From: Oscillospiraceae bacterium
GTDB lineage: Bacteria; Bacillota; Clostridia; Oscillospirales; Oscillospiraceae
Direction of reading: 5' to 3'
DNA: 56,831 nucleotides
Assembly (NCBI GenBank): GCA_009786445.1
Contig: WQTE01000001.1
Coordinates: forward strand, 1-56,831
Shown here: in pieces, positions 53,070 through 56,831 of the stretch
How positions within the stretch are numbered: position 1 is the stretch's first letter
How the letters are laid out: every line of letters starts with the position of its first letter
Translations under genes and position numbers: made by a program
Notes under the pieces: model-generated
Database searches by the model: none
What the model was told of the DNA's origin: nothing
The model's input: only the letters and a program-made list of their open reading frames with translations

Positions 53070-54556
53070 TATTTATGCCTCCGTCTGCGCCAAATTAGTA
53101 TTCCCGCTGCTATTATCAGAAGCGGTAACGCTATTACCATCAGAATAAGTACTGTTCGGGCACCTGCCGAACTCACAAGCAGATGACCTGTCGCAAGGTT
53201 TCTTGCCGGGATGAACACCCGTTCACCAAATGGGTTTAAGTCGTTTGCCAAGTCTGCAAGAAAAAACACATTGTAAAATGTCTCAGAAAATATCGCCAAA
53301 AACGGGTCATCAAACATGGCTGCCCCAACGACAATCAAGTTTGCCCAGACTTGAGTCCCCTCTGCATCTCGCGTAAGATGGCGGATGTTGTAGGCAATGG
53401 TAAATGGGCCGGATGCATCTCCCGGTTCTCTTTCCCACGTGGTCACAGTTCCATCAAGAGCCTTGGCATATGAACTGGCAGAAACAGTGCGCACCAGCGG
53501 GAACATATTTTCCATAACGCCTTCTCCCCTGACGGCACGTAACGGGCGGGCTGTGCGAATGCCTACAGGGATGTCCAGTGTGAATACGGCAGAAGCCTCT
53601 GTGGAAGGCAATGCTCCTGCTGAGACAACAGCGCCGATTACTCCGTGCTGCGGGATGAATGTATTTTCTTCGTCAAATATCAGTTTGTTTTCCACCGCAA
53701 CGCCCCATTCTGCGAGAAATGCATCCAGCACAGGGAGCTGCACAGTATTGAAGTCATAAATAATCATTACGTTTCCGCCAAGGGACATAAACTGCTCAAG
53801 TTTTATTATCTCTTCGCTTAGAAAGTCAAATTTTGGTGCTGCCGAAACCACTAAAACAGTGTCTTCGGGGATTTCTTCAAGAGCTAGGTTTATCGAGGAG
53901 CTGATATAACCGCTTCTTTCAAAAATTTGCCTCATATGTTCTGTACTGTCTTCGCCGTGATTTTCAACAAATACAATACGCGCTATACTCTCGTTTAAAA
54001 CGTACACCAGTGCGCTGATAAACTCTTGATCTACTCTGAGGCTTGTCTCCACAGGCCGCCCGAAGTTGTCTGTTCTTTGTACAAACAGACTTGCTACCGG
54101 TACTCTTGTTGCACGTCTTTCGCTGATGAATACTATATCGTTGCGGGTCATATCCGTAAGCTCGGTATGGGCCTCCACAAGAGCAGATAAAGAGTTCCCG
54201 TAATTTGGCCCGTCAAAGACGTTTAGGTCAGGATTTACATACTGCACTCTGATACGCCCGCCGGTCGTAGCGGAGTAGTTTGTGAGTATAGTCGAAATCA
54301 TGGCGAGATTGTTGTTTGCAAGCCAGGTTGATTCCTCTGCCATTACTACTATATCAACTGTTTCATTGACTCCACTCAAAAATTCTGCGGCTCTGTCAGA
54401 CAGCGTGAATATTCCGGCTTCTGTTAGGTCAAGTTTTAAGAAGAATCTTTCTGTCAACATACTCACAAAGATATTGACAAGAACTATTAGTGCAAGAAAT
54501 ATTACAGTGACTATTAGTGAAAAACTGTGTTTCTTCAATTTTTCTATCATTTTCAT
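53069..54556 (-). CDS. GldG-like ABC-transporter auxiliary protein (ABC_transp_aux)
   Basis: 495 aa with N- and C-terminal TM anchors flanking a large extracytoplasmic domain. Follows the ABC-2 permease. Confidence 0.6.
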   Translation of the reverse strand: MKMIEKLKKHSFSLIVTVIFLALIVLVNIFVSMLTERFFLKLDLTEAGIFTLSDRAAEFLSGVNETVDIVVMAEESTWLANNNLAMISTILTNYSATTGGRIRVQYVNPDLNVFDGPNYGNSLSALVEAHTELTDMTRNDIVFISERRATRVPVASLFVQRTDNFGRPVETSLRVDQEFISALVYVLNESIARIVFVENHGEDSTEHMRQIFERSGYISSSINLALEEIPEDTVLVVSAAPKFDFLSEEIIKLEQFMSLGGNVMIIYDFNTVQLPVLDAFLAEWGVAVENKLIFDEENTFIPQHGVIGAVVSAGALPSTEASAVFTLDIPVGIRTARPLRAVRGEGVMENMFPLVRTVSASSYAKALDGTVTTWEREPGDASGPFTIAYNIRHLTRDAEGTQVWANLIVVGAAMFDDPFLAIFSETFYNVFFLADLANDLNPFGERVFIPARNLATGHLLVSSAGARTVLILMVIALPLLIIAAGILIWRRRRHK

Positions 54557-55288
54557 TTAACCTTTCCTCCTTTTCTCAATAACTCGCGTTGTTAAGAACA
54601 AGAAAAAGGCGCAGACTGAAACGAAAAATACTATTGTATCCAGTGCCAGAAGTCCTCTGGTTATATCGCTATACCTTCCGAATATTGAGATAAACATGAA
54701 TATACGCATTATAAATGTAGGAAGTACCCCACTCGCATAAAAGAACAGTGCAACAATTTCGAGAATATAAAGGGCTATGAAGATTGCCAGTGAACCTATT
54801 GCCGCTATTACTTGATTTTCTGTCATTGCTGATACGAATACACCTATTGAGATGTAGGCTGCTCCTATGCTGATGATTCCGATATAGTTGCCTACCACTT
54901 CATCAAGATTGAAGCCACCGAATATGTATAGAGCAATGGGCCATAAGATGGTAAGCGCAAGCAGACAACCAAAAACTGCAAGTGACGAAAAGAATTTACC
55001 TAAAACTATCGCCGTCGAGGTGACCGGAGCGGTCAGTAGCAGTTGGTCTGTTTTCTGCTTGAAGTCTTCGGAAAAGACTCGCATGGTGAGGATAGGTGTT
55101 ACAAACATCATAACCAGGAGCATAAAGCTAAATATGCCCGCCAGCGACATCGATGCTCCCAAGATGTTAACGAGGTAAAAGTAGAGATTGAGAACTAAAA
55201 TGTACGAACTTATATATACATACCCAATCGCTGATGTGAAATATGCGCCGAAGTCGCGCTTAAAAATTGCTTGCATCTTAATGAACAT
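54557..55288 (-). CDS. ABC-2-type transporter permease (GldF-like)
   Basis: 243 aa with about 6 TM helices, directly downstream of the ABC ATPase. Confidence 0.7.
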   Translation of the reverse strand: MFIKMQAIFKRDFGAYFTSAIGYVYISSYILVLNLYFYLVNILGASMSLAGIFSFMLLVMMFVTPILTMRVFSEDFKQKTDQLLLTAPVTSTAIVLGKFFSSLAVFGCLLALTILWPIALYIFGGFNLDEVVGNYIGIISIGAAYISIGVFVSAMTENQVIAAIGSLAIFIALYILEIVALFFYASGVLPTFIMRIFMFISIFGRYSDITRGLLALDTIVFFVSVCAFFLFLTTRVIEKRRKG

Positions 55289-55302
55289 TCCTTTCTTCTG
55301 AG

Positions 55303-56241
55303 CTACTTGCCTTCCTCTGTTAATTGCAGGAAGATGTCTTCTAAAGAATCATTTTGCGGGCGGAGCATGAGCAGTGGATAACCTGCTTTTGAAAGTTCGT
55401 AAAACAGCGGTTTTCGGATATCCACGCCCGACTCGTTTTCTACGAGAAAATCTATGCTTTCGGGTTCCATTTTTCCGAGAGGTTTTACGCTGCTGACTCC
55501 GCTTATGTTACTTATAAGAGTTTGTACTTCATCGGACGACCCTGCGACACGGATTATTTGAGTGCGATTGCCTTTAAGGTTTGAGGTCAGGTTTTCAGGG
55601 TTATCGTCTGCGACTATCACTCCGTTTGAGATTACCAGAACGCGCTCACACACTGCGGAAACCTCGGGCAGTATGTGGGTCGATAGGATTATCGTGCGTT
55701 GCTTGCCCATTTCTTTGATGACATTCCTAATTTCCACGATTTGCCGTGGGTCCAGACCTATTGTCGGCTCGTCTAAAATCAGGACATCCGGATCTCCAAG
55801 CAGTGCTTGTGCAAAACCTACGCGTTGTTTATATCCTTTTGATAGATGCCCTATGACCCTGCTTCTGACATCGGCAAGACCCAGATTTCCGCATATTTCC
55901 GAGATATGCGACTTTCTGTCATCTATTTTGATTTCCTTCAGGTCATATACGAAGTCGAGATATTCATTTACTGTCATTGCATGGTATAGCGGAGGCTGCT
56001 CGGGCAGATAGCCGATATGCCGCTTTGCTTCAATTGGAGTTTTTTGCATGTCGATACCTGCTATCTCAACTTTTCCTGTGTCAGCAGAGAGATAGCCTGT
56101 TATTATGTTCATCGTTGTAGTTTTTCCCGCTCCGTTCGGCCCGAGAAACCCCACAATTTGTCCCTCCGGAACCGAAAATGAGATATCGTTAACTCCACGG
56201 TTTTTTCCGTAACTTTTTGTCAGGTTGCTTACTGTTATCAC
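55303..56241 (-). CDS. ABC transporter ATP-binding protein (GldA/ABC-2 subfamily)
   Basis: 312 aa. GPNGAGKTT Walker A, LSKGYKQRV signature, LILDEPT Walker B. GTG start behind an AGGAGG RBS. Confidence 0.9.
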   Translation of the reverse strand: MITVSNLTKSYGKNRGVNDISFSVPEGQIVGFLGPNGAGKTTTMNIITGYLSADTGKVEIAGIDMQKTPIEAKRHIGYLPEQPPLYHAMTVNEYLDFVYDLKEIKIDDRKSHISEICGNLGLADVRSRVIGHLSKGYKQRVGFAQALLGDPDVLILDEPTIGLDPRQIVEIRNVIKEMGKQRTIILSTHILPEVSAVCERVLVISNGVIVADDNPENLTSNLKGNRTQIIRVAGSSDEVQTLISNISGVSSVKPLGKMEPESIDFLVENESGVDIRKPLFYELSKAGYPLLMLRPQNDSLEDIFLQLTEEGK

Positions 56242-56451
56242 TTTTTATTTTCCTCCTGCGCATCATCTGCATTAGAATACACCTTTTTTCAGAGATATGT
56301 TCGCATAGTGGAAAGTGGTCTCCACTTTTTCCGCCATTTTCAAGACCTGTTGCATAGTCTCAATTAGTTAGTATTGTTATTTACCAGTATAACAGATAAT
56401 GGGCTGTTTGCGTAGATTTTTTTAATTTAAAAGATTGACATGGTAAATTAA

Positions 56452-56482
56452 CAGAGGACTGACCTTATCGATCAGTCCTCTG
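56452..56482 (-). terminator. rRNA operon terminator hairpin
   Basis: 11-bp perfect stem CAGAGGACTGA / TCAGTCCTCTG with a 9-nt loop, immediately downstream (minus strand) of the 5S 3' end, followed by TTAATTT. Confidence 0.6.
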
Positions 56483-56487
56483 TTTGT

Positions 56488-56603
<116 letters not shown>

Positions 56604-56708
56604 TATCTAATTGACAATGTAGTACTGCCAATTATGTCTGCACCTTGAAAGCTGAACAAAGATATGTCTGTGATGTAAAGCAAATTCGTCTGTTTGCCTG
56701 CGATAATA

Positions 56709-56831
56709 TAGATCAAGCCCTCGGGTGATTAGTACCGGTCAGCTAAACACATTACTGTGCGTACACCTCCGGCCTATCGACGATGTAGTCTTCATCGACC
56801 CTTACTCCATAAAGGATGGGAGAACTTATCT
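56709..56831 (-). rRNA. rrl: 23S ribosomal RNA, 3' end (partial; continues beyond the window)
   Basis: The plus strand reads ..CAAGCCCTCGGGTGATTAGTACCGGTCAGCTAAACACATTACTGTGCGTACACCTCCGGCCTATCGACG... This is the reverse complement of the conserved 23S 3'-terminal domain (..TTAGTACCGGTCAGCT..CCTATC..). The exact 3' end is approximate. Confidence 0.85.

Noticed and set aside
56604-56708. Possible tRNA in the 23S-5S spacer or downstream of 5S
   Set aside because: The 105-nt spacer has no cloverleaf-compatible acceptor/T-arm pattern (no GTTCRANYC box). The region after 5S is occupied by the terminator hairpin.

Overview
Clostridia-like (Firmicutes) chromosomal window, roughly mid-GC; species not identifiable from sequence alone. 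From left to right:
- cheY-cheA.
- A complete F-type ATP synthase operon (atpI-like, a, c, b, delta'-alpha fusion, gamma, beta, epsilon), followed closely by a DUF2156 gene.
- A large carbohydrate-catabolism island (about 10.4-38.0 kb). At its centre is a minus-strand bacterial microcompartment (BMC) operon (about 16.7-25.6 kb). It encodes 3 BMC-P, 2 BMC-H and a PduT-like BMC-T shell protein, a PduS-like flavo-FeS protein, an acylating aldehyde dehydrogenase, a divergent PduL, a Zn-ADH, a TPI paralog, and a deoxyribose-phosphate aldolase (DERA) carrying an N-terminal encapsulation-peptide-like extension.
- No B12-dependent or glycyl-radical signature enzyme is present. The locus looks like the computationally defined, experimentally uncharacterised sugar-phosphate-utilising (SPU-type) metabolosome. 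This is the most interesting system in the window.
- The BMC operon is flanked by FGGY kinases, xylose-isomerase-like TIM barrels, MDR dehydrogenases, a LacI regulator, a FucU/RbsD mutarotase, an M24 pseudo-peptidase, a sugar ABC transporter, and a GH88/105-SDR-Eda module.
- Further right: a VOC protein, a MoxR-DUF58-transglutaminase triad, cupin + Fe-ADH, a second sugar ABC transporter, a Zn-ADH + SorC/DeoR regulator pair, a GldA/F/G-like ABC system with DUF4340, and the 3' end of an rRNA operon (5S and partial 23S, minus strand).
- Two long palindromic intergenic elements (10262-10460 and 39001-39165) sit between convergent genes and overlap gene 3' ends.

All calls rest on reading the ORF translations and the DNA by eye. 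No database search was possible.
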